64,000 bases of DNA from Anaerolineae bacterium (GTDB lineage: Bacteria > Chloroflexota > Anaerolineae > JACIWP01). Below are positions 36,710 through 46,844 of this stretch, one piece after another. Both the position numbers and the translations under genes were made by a program. Numbering within the stretch: the stretch's first letter is position 1; each line of letters opens with the position of its first letter. The notes beneath the pieces were generated by a model that saw only the letters and a list, made by a program, of their open reading frames with translations, was not told the origin of the DNA and made no database searches. The stretch lies in NCBI GenBank assembly GCA_028275445.1, contig JAPWUQ010000001.1:3161-67160 (forward strand). Reading direction: 5' to 3'.

Positions 36710-37174
36710 ATGAAACTCACACGCACGGTCCAATATATCATCGCGGCATTAGTGCTCATCATCGTCGCCGGCGGGAGCTTTTACGCCGGCACGCTGTACG
36801 GCAAGAACCAGGCGCAGGCCGCCCTGCGCGCCGCCAGACAGCGGGGCATGCCCTTCGCCCAGGGCACGCCGGGCGCCCGGCAGTTCCAGGGACGCGGCAT
36901 GGTCTTCGGCACCATTGAAGAGGTAGGCAGTGACGGCTCCCTAGTGGTGAAAGATAACAACGGTAATCGGGTGAAGGTGCGGGTCACCGACACCACTCTC
37001 ATCGAGAAGACCATATCGGCGGCGCCGGCGGACCTGCAGAGCGGTGAAGCGGTCATGATCTCCGGTACCAGCGAGCAGGACGGCAGTATCACGGCGCGTT
37101 CAGTGCAGGTTGTGCCGGCGGGCCGGCTGGGCTTCGGCGCTCCCGGCGCTCCGGGTACCGCCGGCGGACAATAA
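36710..37174 (+). CDS. Small membrane-anchored DUF5666-like protein
   Basis: 154 aa. N-terminal transmembrane helix. Repeated G(T/S)V.(E/S)V....L.V... motifs. GAAGGAGG RBS. Confidence 0.55.
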   Translation: MKLTRTVQYIIAALVLIIVAGGSFYAGTLYGKNQAQAALRAARQRGMPFAQGTPGARQFQGRGMVFGTIEEVGSDGSLVVKDNNGNRVKVRVTDTTLIEKTISAAPADLQSGEAVMISGTSEQDGSITARSVQVVPAGRLGFGAPGAPGTAGGQ

Positions 37175-37186
37175 GGAGCGTGGGAG

Positions 37187-38848
37187 ATGAAGCGCGGAGC
37201 GGTCCGGGCATTATGGATCGTGGGATTAGTGATCCTGCTGGGGGCCGGCGGGTTCTGGTTCTATCAGAGCCGGGCAGCATCGCAGGGCACCAGCAGTTCC
37301 ACCTCCAGCGGCACCTACACCCAGATCGTCGAGGTGACCCGCGGCGACCTGACGGCAACGGTGAGCGTGGTAGGCCAGCTCCAGGCGGTGCGCCAGGTGG
37401 AGATGACCTTCGAGCACATGAGCGGGACGGCGGAGCTGAAGGAATTGAACGTGAAGGTGGGGCAGGAGGTCAAGGCCGGCGACCTGCTGGCCGCCATCGA
37501 CCCCACCCCCTACCAGCAGGCGCTGGAGGAAGCCCAGGCCGCCCTCCAGGCGGCCGAGGAAACGCTCAAAGACCTGGAGACCCCCCCGACCGAGCTGGAG
37601 ATCGCCCAGGCCGACCTGGCCGTCGCCAAGGCCCAGGTCCAGCTCGAACAGGCCAGGGCCAAGCTGGAGGATCTACTCCATCCGGATATCGCCGAGCTGG
37701 AGACCAAACTGGCGCAGGCGAAGACCAGCCTGGCCCAGGCGCAGGATAACCTGGCCTCCCTGCAGCAGCAGGAATCATCCTTTAAAGACAAGCTCCAGAA
37801 GCTTCTGGATGCCGAGGCCAAGGCCTATGACCAGTACAGCCGGCTGGCGAGCGAACAGTACTCCGACGAGTACCACCAGGACCGCCTGCAGTTGGCGCTG
37901 AACAAATTCTTGGACGCCCAAGACGCCCGCATCACCGCCGAGATACAGCGGCAGATCGACCTGCTGAAGGCACAGCTCCAGGTTATCCAGGCGGAGCAGT
38001 CGGTGGCGGATGCGGAGGAGGCGTTGGCGGAGGCGCGCGCCGGCGGCGATGCGGTGGCGGTAGCCCAAGCCCGGGTGGCGGTGCAGGAGGCAGAGGTGGC
38101 CCTGCAGAAGGCCCAGCAGGACCGCGACGACCTGACGAAAGGGCCGGATGAGACAAAGCTGGCAACCGCCCGGGCGGATGTGGAGAAGAAGCGGCTGGCG
38201 TTCCAGGACGCCCAGCAGGCGCTGGAGGGCACCAAGCTGGTGGCGCCGTTCGACGGCACGGTGCTGGCCGTGAACGTAAGCGCCGGGGACCGGGTCTCCC
38301 CCAACACGGTGGTCCTGGTGCTGGCCGACCTGCGGGAGCTGGAGGTGGTGGCCTCGGTGGATGAAACAGCCATCCGCCAGGTGCAGGCAGGCCAGCCGGC
38401 GGTGATCACCTTCGACGCCCTCCCCGGCAAGGAGTTCCAGGGCCAGGTGAAGGAGGTGCCCCTGCAGGGCCAACTCCAGGGAGGCGTCACCGTGTATGCC
38501 GTCCCCATCACCCTGGAGGGGGCGGAGGGACAGCCCCTGCTGGTGGGCATGACCGCGAACGTGGTCATCCAGGTGGGGCAGGTGAAGAATGCCCTGCTGG
38601 TGCCGGCGCTGGCCCTGCAGAGGGTGAGCGGGGCCTATCAGGTGCTGGTGGACGCCGGGAACGGTGAGACGGTGGCAGTGCCGGTGGAGGTGGGCTTGAG
38701 CGATGGGACGTACACCCAGATCGTGCGCGGGCTGAACGAGGGCGACCGCGTGGTGGTGCAGATGACCGCCGGCCAGTCCAATCTCTTCGGACAGCTTCGG
38801 GGCATGATGGGCGGCATGATGGGCTTCACCGGCTCGCGGATGAGGTAA
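37187..38848 (+). CDS. HlyD-family membrane-fusion (periplasmic adaptor) protein, copy 1
   Basis: 553 aa. N-terminal transmembrane segment. Long coiled-coil (QQALEEAQAALQAAEE...). C-terminal beta-barrel domains (VVASVDETAI...AVITFDALPGKEFQGQV...) typical of MacA/HlyD adaptors. Confidence 0.85.
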   Translation: MKRGAVRALWIVGLVILLGAGGFWFYQSRAASQGTSSSTSSGTYTQIVEVTRGDLTATVSVVGQLQAVRQVEMTFEHMSGTAELKELNVKVGQEVKAGDLLAAIDPTPYQQALEEAQAALQAAEETLKDLETPPTELEIAQADLAVAKAQVQLEQARAKLEDLLHPDIAELETKLAQAKTSLAQAQDNLASLQQQESSFKDKLQKLLDAEAKAYDQYSRLASEQYSDEYHQDRLQLALNKFLDAQDARITAEIQRQIDLLKAQLQVIQAEQSVADAEEALAEARAGGDAVAVAQARVAVQEAEVALQKAQQDRDDLTKGPDETKLATARADVEKKRLAFQDAQQALEGTKLVAPFDGTVLAVNVSAGDRVSPNTVVLVLADLRELEVVASVDETAIRQVQAGQPAVITFDALPGKEFQGQVKEVPLQGQLQGGVTVYAVPITLEGAEGQPLLVGMTANVVIQVGQVKNALLVPALALQRVSGAYQVLVDAGNGETVAVPVEVGLSDGTYTQIVRGLNEGDRVVVQMTAGQSNLFGQLRGMMGGMMGFTGSRMR

Positions 38849-40468
38849 CGGGGGAGAAGAGCTATGAAGCACTGGAAGCGCATTCTGGCGATCGTCATTG
38901 GCATAGCGGTGGTTGCAGCCGGCGGGTTCTGGTTCTATCAGAGCCGGGCGGCGTCGCAGGGCACCAGCAGTTCCACCTCCAGCGGCACCTACACCCAGAT
39001 CGTCGAGGTGACCCGCGGCGACCTGACGGCAACGGTGAGCGTGGTAGGCCAGCTCCAGGCGGTGCGCCAGGTGGAGATGACCTTCGAGCACATGAGCGGG
39101 ACGGCGGAGCTGAAGGAATTGAACGTGAAGGTGGGGCAGGAGGTCAAGGCCGGCGACCTGCTGGCCGCCATCGACCCCACCCCCTACCAGCAGGCGCTGG
39201 AGGAAGCCCAGGCCGCCCTCCAGGCGGCCGAGGAAACGCTCAAAGACCTGGAGACCCCCCCGACCGAGCTGGAGATCGCCCAGGCCGACCTGGCCGTCGC
39301 CAAGGCCCAGGTCCAGCTCGAACAGGCCAGGGCCAAGCTGGAGGATCTACTCCATCCGGATATCGCCGAGCTGGAGACCAAACTGGCGCAGGCGAAGACC
39401 AGCCTGGCCCAGGCGCAGGATAACCTGGCCTCCCTGCAGCAGCAGGAATCATCCTTTAAAGACAAGCTCCAGAAGCTTCTGGATGCCGAGGCCAAGGCCT
39501 ATGACCAGTACAGCCGGCTGGCGAGCGAACAGTACTCCGACGAGTACCACCAGGACCGCCTGCAGTTGGCGCTGAACAAATTCTTGGACGCCCAAGACGC
39601 CCGCATCACCGCCGAGATACAGCGGCAGATCGACCTGCTGAAGGCACAGCTCCAGGTTATCCAGGCGGAGCAGTCGGTGGCGGATGCGGAGGAGGCGTTG
39701 GCGGAGGCGCGCGCCGGCGGCGATGCGGTGGCGGTAGCCCAAGCCCGGGTGGCGGTGCAGGAGGCAGAGGTGGCCCTGCAGAAGGCCCAGCAGGACCGCG
39801 ACGACCTGACGAAAGGGCCGGATGAGACAAAGCTGGCAACCGCCCGGGCGGATGTGGAGAAGAAGCGGCTGGCGTTCCAGGACGCCCAGCAGGCGCTGGA
39901 GGGCACCAAGCTGGTGGCGCCGTTCGACGGCACGGTGCTGGCCGTGAACGTAAGCGCCGGGGACCGGGTCTCCCCCAACACGGTGGTCCTGGTGCTGGCC
40001 GACCTGCGGGAGCTGGAGGTGGTGGCCTCGGTGGATGAAACAGCCATCCGCCAGGTGCAGGCAGGCCAGCCGGCGGTGATCACCTTCGACGCCCTCCCCG
40101 GCAAGGAGTTCCAGGGCCAGGTGAAGGAGGTGCCCCTGCAGGGCCAACTCCAGGGAGGCGTCACCGTGTATGCCGTCCCCATCACCCTGGAGGGGGCGGA
40201 GGGACAGCCCCTGCTGGTGGGCATGACCGCGAACGTGGTCATCCAGGTGGGGCAGGTGAAGAATGCCCTGCTGGTGCCGGCGCTGGCCCTGCAGAGGGTG
40301 AGCGGGGCCTATCAGGTGCTGGTGGACGCCGGGAACGGTGAGACGGTGGCAGTGCCGGTGGAGGTGGGCTTGAGCGATGGGACGTACACCCAGATCGTGC
40401 GCGGGCTGAACGAGGGCGACCGCGTGGTGGTGCAGATGACCGCCGGCCAGTCCAATCTCTTCGGACAG
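37244..40468 (+). repeat. Direct tandem repeat: two units of about 1.55 kb (37244-38794 and 38918-40468, period 1674 bp), roughly 99.9% identical
   Basis: Direct comparison shows only 2 mismatches in the first 60 nt and identical sequence thereafter. The ORF track shows identical antisense ORFs in both units. Confidence 0.8.
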
Positions 40469-40531
40469 ATGCGCGCCTTCATGGGACCGGAAGCGGGCGG
40501 ACCGCCGCCGGCGGCCCCAGGCGCCCGGTAA
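38864..40531 (+). CDS. HlyD-family membrane-fusion protein, copy 2. Near-identical tandem duplicate of copy 1.
   Basis: 555 aa. Identical to copy 1 from residue about 20 to about 535. Differs only in the N-terminal transmembrane segment and the C-terminal tail. Confidence 0.85.
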   Translation: MKHWKRILAIVIGIAVVAAGGFWFYQSRAASQGTSSSTSSGTYTQIVEVTRGDLTATVSVVGQLQAVRQVEMTFEHMSGTAELKELNVKVGQEVKAGDLLAAIDPTPYQQALEEAQAALQAAEETLKDLETPPTELEIAQADLAVAKAQVQLEQARAKLEDLLHPDIAELETKLAQAKTSLAQAQDNLASLQQQESSFKDKLQKLLDAEAKAYDQYSRLASEQYSDEYHQDRLQLALNKFLDAQDARITAEIQRQIDLLKAQLQVIQAEQSVADAEEALAEARAGGDAVAVAQARVAVQEAEVALQKAQQDRDDLTKGPDETKLATARADVEKKRLAFQDAQQALEGTKLVAPFDGTVLAVNVSAGDRVSPNTVVLVLADLRELEVVASVDETAIRQVQAGQPAVITFDALPGKEFQGQVKEVPLQGQLQGGVTVYAVPITLEGAEGQPLLVGMTANVVIQVGQVKNALLVPALALQRVSGAYQVLVDAGNGETVAVPVEVGLSDGTYTQIVRGLNEGDRVVVQMTAGQSNLFGQMRAFMGPEAGGPPPAAPGAR

Positions 40532-40546
40532 AAGGAGGGCTATACC

Positions 40547-41770
<1,224 letters not shown>

Positions 41771-41784
41771 GCAGGAGCGAGGTA

Positions 41785-42315
41785 ATGCGCACGTCTGACG
41801 GGCCTGGGCGCCGGCATGCCGGCGCCCCGTTCCCGGCCTGGATCAACAAGGTGCTGGCACGGCTCAGGACGGCGACGCGGCAGGAACTGCGAGAAGCCGG
41901 CGCGGCTGGTGGGGGAGGTCCCCAGCAGGAGGCGGGCGGCTTGCCGGCGGTCATCGGCCTGGTTACAATAGATGCATGCCCGGTGCGGGCGCTGTCCCTG
42001 GCTCTTCAGGAGGCCGGCTTTCGGGTGCGCCGGCTGGGCGAGGATGTGGATCATCTGCCGGCGGAGGAGTTGGCGGATGTATCGGTGTTCCTCGTATGCG
42101 GAAGCGTCTGTCCGGAGGTGTATCAGGCCCTGCGCCGGCGCAGTTCCGCCCGCATCCTGGCGCTGGTGCCGGGCGGCGAGGGGGAGGTGTTGGAGGCCCT
42201 GAGCGCCGGCGCGGATGACTCGCAGAAGCTGGGCATCAGCGAGCAGGAGATCGCGGCGCGCATCTACGCGCTCCTGCGCCGCGCCGGCAGGCCGCGTTCT
42301 GCAGGACAGGTGTGA
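41785..42315 (+). CDS. Receiver-like (pseudo-receiver) domain protein lacking the phospho-acceptor Asp
   Basis: VIGLVTIDAC...DVSVFLVCGS...ILALVPG...ARIYALLRR follows the CheY-fold pattern, but the LDLMLP aspartate position reads FLVCGS. ATG at 41785 with GGAG RBS. Confidence 0.45.
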   Translation: MRTSDGPGRRHAGAPFPAWINKVLARLRTATRQELREAGAAGGGGPQQEAGGLPAVIGLVTIDACPVRALSLALQEAGFRVRRLGEDVDHLPAEELADVSVFLVCGSVCPEVYQALRRRSSARILALVPGGEGEVLEALSAGADDSQKLGISEQEIAARIYALLRRAGRPRSAGQV

Positions 42316-42321
42316 GGCGGT

Positions 42322-43014
42322 ATGAACAAGAGCATTTTGGTGGTGGATGACGACCCGAAGATCGTGGAAATCGTCTCGCTGTACCTGAAGCGGGAGGGCT
42401 ATCGGGTGCTGGCCGCCTACGACGGGAGGCAGGCGCTGGAGATGGCGCGCGAGAAAAGGCCCGACCTCATCGTGCTGGACCTGATGCTGCCGGGGCTGGA
42501 CGGCATGGATGTCTGCCGGCTGTTGCGCGACGAGTCCGACGTCCCCATCCTGATGCTGACCGCCCGCGCCTCCGATGAGGATAAACTGCGCGGCTTCGAC
42601 GTCGGGGCGGACGATTACCTGACCAAGCCCTTCAACCCGCGCGAGCTGGTGGCGCGCGTGCGCGCCATCCTGCGGCGTGCAGAGGGAGAACAGGAACCGC
42701 CGCGCGATCTGCGCTTCGGAGACCTGGAGATCAGCGTGATGCGGCACGAGGTGCGCCTGCGCGGCAGTCCGGTGAATTTGACGCCCACCGAGTTTCGCAT
42801 CCTGACGACGATGGCACAGGAGCCGGGCCGGGCTTTCAGCCGGGTGGAACTGCTGGAGCGCGCCTTCGGGTACGATTATGAGGGGTTGGAGCGGACGGTA
42901 GATGTGCATATCATGAACATCCGCCGCAAGATCGAGCCGGAGCCGCGCCGGCCGCGCTATATCGTCACCGTGCCCGGCGTGGGCTACCGCTTTGAGGGGG
43001 AACATGTGGAATAG
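42322..43014 (+). CDS. OmpR-family response regulator
   Basis: [12 protein letters not shown]...[14 protein letters not shown]...[20 protein letters not shown] plus a winged-helix C-terminal part. Confidence 0.9.
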   Translation: MNKSILVVDDDPKIVEIVSLYLKREGYRVLAAYDGRQALEMAREKRPDLIVLDLMLPGLDGMDVCRLLRDESDVPILMLTARASDEDKLRGFDVGADDYLTKPFNPRELVARVRAILRRAEGEQEPPRDLRFGDLEISVMRHEVRLRGSPVNLTPTEFRILTTMAQEPGRAFSRVELLERAFGYDYEGLERTVDVHIMNIRRKIEPEPRRPRYIVTVPGVGYRFEGEHVE

Positions 43015-44347
43015 CCTGCGTGTGCGGCTGTTGATGGCCATTATCCTGGTGGTGCTGGTGGCGGTAACGGTCACCGCGGTGGTGGCCGGCCGGCGCACCA
43101 CCGGCGAATTCCAGCGCTACGTGGCGCGGGGAGGGCCGATTCCTTTCGCGCGCTATGCCGGCTTCCTGGCCCGCTCCTATGACCTGCGCCGGAGCTGGGA
43201 AGCGGTACAGCCGGAGGTCGAGCGCATCGGGCAGATCAGCGGGATGCGGGTGGTGGTGGCGGACGCGGAAGGCCGCATCGTGGCGGATTCGGAGAGCGCG
43301 CTGATCGGCAAATCGGCCGCCGGCCGCTGGCAGGTGCCGGCCGTCGAGATACTCGTCGGCGGCCGGCCGGTGGGCTTCCTGTACATGATCCCGCCGACCG
43401 AGCCTCGCGAGTCGGAACGGGCCTTCCTGCAAGCCGTCAACCGCTCCATTTTGTTCGGCGCGCTGTTCGCCGGCGCGGTGGCGATACTGGTCACCCTGGG
43501 CATGTCGGACCGCATCCTGCGGCCCATCGAGCGGCTGACGGCCGCCGCCCAGCGCATGGAGAAGGGGGACCTCTCGGTGCGGGTGCCGGTGGATTCGCAG
43601 GATGAAATCGGCAAGCTCGCCCATGCCTTCAACGCTATGGCCAGCAGTCTGGCCATGCAGGAACAGCTTCGCCGCAATCTGGTCAGCGATGTGGCCCATG
43701 AACTGCGCACGCCGCTGACCAACCTGCGGGGATACCTGGAGGCCGTGCGGGATGGGCTGATACAGCCGGACGCCGGCCTCATCGACAACCTCTACGAGGA
43801 GACCATGCTGTTGAATCGGCTGGTTTCGGACCTCCATGAGCTGGCTCAGGCGGAGGCCGGCCAGCTCAACCTGGTGCGCCGGCCGGTGCGGGTGGATGAG
43901 ATCGTGCACCGCGTGGCTGAGGCGTTCAACTGGCAGGTGGAAAGCAAGGGGCTGACACTGCGGGTGGATGTGCCGGCGGACCTGCCGCTGGTGGACGTGG
44001 ACCCGGAGCGCATCGGACAGGTCCTGCGCAACCTGCTCTCCAACGCCATCCTGCACACGCCGGCCGGCGGCGAGATCGATATCGTCGCCCGCGCCGGCGG
44101 AAAATGGGTGACGGTAGCGGTCAAGGACACCGGGGAGGGCATCCCGCCAGAGCATCTGCCCTTTGTCTTCGACCGCTTCTATCGGGTGGACAAATCCCGC
44201 TCGCGCCTGACCGGCGGCGTCGGCCTGGGGCTGGCCATTGCCAAGCAGTTGGTCGAGGCCCACGGCGGCGACATTCACGTGGAAAGCCGGGTCGGAGAGG
44301 GCAGTACCTTCACCTTCACCCTCCCTATCGCGGAAGATAAGGGCTAA
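42992..44347 (+). CDS. Sensor histidine kinase (transmembrane, HAMP, HisKA, HATPase)
   Basis: H-box [12 protein letters not shown]1 and G2 boxes ([25 protein letters not shown]). Confidence 0.85.
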   Translation: MRGNMWNSLRVRLLMAIILVVLVAVTVTAVVAGRRTTGEFQRYVARGGPIPFARYAGFLARSYDLRRSWEAVQPEVERIGQISGMRVVVADAEGRIVADSESALIGKSAAGRWQVPAVEILVGGRPVGFLYMIPPTEPRESERAFLQAVNRSILFGALFAGAVAILVTLGMSDRILRPIERLTAAAQRMEKGDLSVRVPVDSQDEIGKLAHAFNAMASSLAMQEQLRRNLVSDVAHELRTPLTNLRGYLEAVRDGLIQPDAGLIDNLYEETMLLNRLVSDLHELAQAEAGQLNLVRRPVRVDEIVHRVAEAFNWQVESKGLTLRVDVPADLPLVDVDPERIGQVLRNLLSNAILHTPAGGEIDIVARAGGKWVTVAVKDTGEGIPPEHLPFVFDRFYRVDKSRSRLTGGVGLGLAIAKQLVEAHGGDIHVESRVGEGSTFTFTLPIAEDKG

Positions 44348-44390
44348 CCCCCCGGCCGGCCTGGGGAGGTGCCCGCGCCGGCGCGCCGGC

Positions 44391-44419
44391 TTGCCAGGGT
44401 TCCCCCTGCGATGTATAAT
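44391..44419 (+). promoter_or_regulatory. Promoter (TTGCCA-N17-TATAAT) for the 44469 gene
   Basis: cTTGCCAgggttccccctgcgatgTATAATgaa. Confidence 0.5.
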
Positions 44420-44468
44420 GAAAGTTGCATAAACCTGCACGTGCATCGCAAGATGCCAGGAGGGGAAC

Positions 44469-45002
44469 ATGCTGTTGGCCAGCTACGAGCCGGAGGTCAT
44501 CCTGCCGCCGTGCGATTTCACCCGCGAGACAGTGAGCGCCATCGGGCACATTGCCGGCGACATCAGCCCCGTCTTTCCATACCTGAACGCCATCATCCCA
44601 GGAGCGGAATATCAGCCGGCCGGCCAGGTCCTGCGCTTCAAATGGGAAGGGCACCTGGTGACCCTGCGGCCGAACGAGATGGCGGCCGCCGGCTTCACCG
44701 ACGCCAACGAGGCGGTGGAGTTCCTGGCGCGCCTGCAGCAGCTCATCAACGACACCTGGGAGCGCCGGCATACCATCCAGCCCAGCACCGTCCAGCGCAA
44801 ACGGCTGGTGGCCACCGATGTGTACCGCCTCCTGCCGCGCACCAACTGCAAGGCCTGCGGTCAGCCCACCTGCTTCACTTTCGCCGCCAAACTGACCCTG
44901 GGTGAGGTGACCCTGGACGCCTGCCCGGCCCTGGCCGAGCCGCAGTATGCCGAACAGCGGATGAAATTACAAGAAATGGTCGCCAACGCGGTCTTCATCT
45001 GA
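44469..45002 (+). CDS. Small (Fe-S)-binding protein with a C-terminal RnfB/CdhE-type Fe-S cluster domain (PF04060-like)
   Basis: 177 aa. TNCKACGQPTCFTFAAKL...LDAC is a four-Cys motif of the RnfB N-terminal / corrinoid-FeS protein type. The N-terminal 120 aa are unassigned. Confidence 0.55.
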   Translation: MLLASYEPEVILPPCDFTRETVSAIGHIAGDISPVFPYLNAIIPGAEYQPAGQVLRFKWEGHLVTLRPNEMAAAGFTDANEAVEFLARLQQLINDTWERRHTIQPSTVQRKRLVATDVYRLLPRTNCKACGQPTCFTFAAKLTLGEVTLDACPALAEPQYAEQRMKLQEMVANAVFI

Positions 45003-45307
45003 TGAAGGACGGACGTATGGAATCTGCACCTCCGGAAGAAGAATTCGATTCCCCTGCGGAAGATGAACAGTTGTCCGAGGAAGAGATCCTCGCCATGGAC
45101 CCCGAGGAGCGCCGGCGCCGGCTCCTCTCCTGCTCCTGCATCAAGGACCCCTATGCCGATCTGCCGCCGGAAGCCCGGCCGGCCGGTCCATCCCCCATGC
45201 GCGGCCTGCGCAAAGTCACCTGCCCCGGATGCGGCAAGACCTACTGGACGAACCGGGACACCGACTGGTGTTTTGACTGTGAGCCCCGCCGGCCCAGCGC
45301 CGGCTGA
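45002..45307 (+). CDS. Hypothetical acidic protein with a C-terminal CPGCG...CFDC zinc ribbon
   Basis: 101 aa. The alternative start MESAPP at 45017 has a better AAGGA RBS. Confidence 0.4.
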   Translation: MKDGRMESAPPEEEFDSPAEDEQLSEEEILAMDPEERRRRLLSCSCIKDPYADLPPEARPAGPSPMRGLRKVTCPGCGKTYWTNRDTDWCFDCEPRRPSAG

Positions 45308-45421
45308 CCCAGCCTCGCGCCCCTCTTTCCGCCCGTCGCGCCTGTAAGAACCGTTCGGTGGTGCAACCCGCCCGCCGTTCCATCACCTCCTGGTCATCCG
45401 TGGTATAATGGGCCGGCAGAC

Positions 45422-46837
45422 ATGAGGGGACGCGCGATGACATTGCGGACACTGCGGGCCGCCGGCCTGTTCCTGCTGGTGATACTGCTGGCCCTGACGG
45501 CATCCGCGCCGGCGGATTGGCGTTTGATCGAGGCGCTCCGGCAGGGCGATGCGCATTTCGCCCGCGGCGAGTATTACGCCGCCCTGCAGGCCTATGCCCG
45601 GGCGGCGGCGCTCGCGCCGGCCAGCCAGGAGGTGCTCCTGCGCGCGGCGCAGGCCCACCTGGCGCGCCATGAGATCGGCCCGGCGGTGCATTTGCTGGGA
45701 AAGCTTTACCCGTATGCTCGCGGCGAACGCCGGCAGAGGGTCCTGGAGGGGCTGGGCCAGGCGGCGTTCCTGCAGGGGGAATGGGACGATGCCCGGCGCT
45801 GGTGGGAGCGGGCGCTGGGGGCCGGCGAGTCCGCCCCTGCCCATCGCGGGCTGGCGAAGCTGGCTGAGGCGGCCGGCGAGGATGCGGAGGCTGTGCGGCA
45901 TTGGGAAGCCCTGCGCACGCTGGCCCCGGACGACCCGGAGGCGCTCTGTCATCTGGCATGGCTCTCGCTGGCGCGTGCGGAAGGAGATGACCTGGATGCC
46001 CTGGCGCGCGCCGCGGCTTCCAGCGCCCCCTGCGCCCAGGCCGCCGGCGAAGTGCTTCAGATATTCGCACGCTCAGCGTCGGACGCGCACGCCTTCGCGC
46101 AGGCCGGCATCCTCCTCTTCCAGCAGGGGGAGCATGGGTTCGCCCTGCGCATGCTGGAGCGGGCGGTGGCCCTGGAGCCGGCCTATGCGGAGGCGCATGC
46201 GTACCGCGGTGCAGTGCTGGCGGAGCTGGGCCGGCCGGCCAGCGCGGCCTTCCAGCGTGCCCTCGAGCTGGACCCCGAATGTGTGCTGGCGCATTACTTT
46301 CTCGGCCGCTATCATCTGCGTTTCGGGCTGAGCGGGCCGGCGCGCCAGGAGTTTCAGACCGTCCTGCGCCTGGACCCGGACAATCCGGCGGTGCATGTGG
46401 ACATCGCGCTGACCTATGCCATGGAGGGGGATTACGCCGGCGCGCAGGCGGAGCTGGAGGAGGCGCGCCGGCTGGCCCCTGATGATCCGGCCCTCGCGCT
46501 GGCGGCGGCCCGTTTTTACGTGGAGCGGGCATATCAATTGCGGGAAAAGGGCATCCCTATTGCCCGGGAGGCCGTTCAGCTCAGCGGCGGCTCCGCGGAG
46601 GCGCTGGACCTGCTGGGCTGGGCCTATTACCTGGCCGGCGAGCTTCGGCCGGCGGTGGAGGTGCTGTCCCTGGCGGTGGAGCGTGATCCGCGGTATGCCG
46701 GCGCCTGGGCGCACCTGGGAGCGGCGCGCCTGGCCGGCGGGGACAGGGAGGGCGGCACCGAGGCCCTCCAGCGGGCAGTGGACCTGGCGCCGGGCAGCGC
46801 GGTGGCGCGCTGGGCACGGTCGTTGTTAGGGGAATAG
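45422..46837 (+). CDS. TPR-repeat protein with an N-terminal signal anchor
   Basis: 471 aa. Multiple 34-aa TPR units (YYAALQAYARAAALAP, AEAHAYRGAVLAELGRPASAAFQRALELDP, ...). Confidence 0.75.
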   Translation: MRGRAMTLRTLRAAGLFLLVILLALTASAPADWRLIEALRQGDAHFARGEYYAALQAYARAAALAPASQEVLLRAAQAHLARHEIGPAVHLLGKLYPYARGERRQRVLEGLGQAAFLQGEWDDARRWWERALGAGESAPAHRGLAKLAEAAGEDAEAVRHWEALRTLAPDDPEALCHLAWLSLARAEGDDLDALARAAASSAPCAQAAGEVLQIFARSASDAHAFAQAGILLFQQGEHGFALRMLERAVALEPAYAEAHAYRGAVLAELGRPASAAFQRALELDPECVLAHYFLGRYHLRFGLSGPARQEFQTVLRLDPDNPAVHVDIALTYAMEGDYAGAQAELEEARRLAPDDPALALAAARFYVERAYQLREKGIPIAREAVQLSGGSAEALDLLGWAYYLAGELRPAVEVLSLAVERDPRYAGAWAHLGAARLAGGDREGGTEALQRAVDLAPGSAVARWARSLLGE

Positions 46838-46844
46838 GCGGCCG

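Noticed and set aside
45361-45409. TGGTATAAT upstream of the TPR gene as a full promoter
   Set aside because: No acceptable -35 hexamer at 16-18 nt. It may still act as an extended -10 promoter, but it was not annotated.
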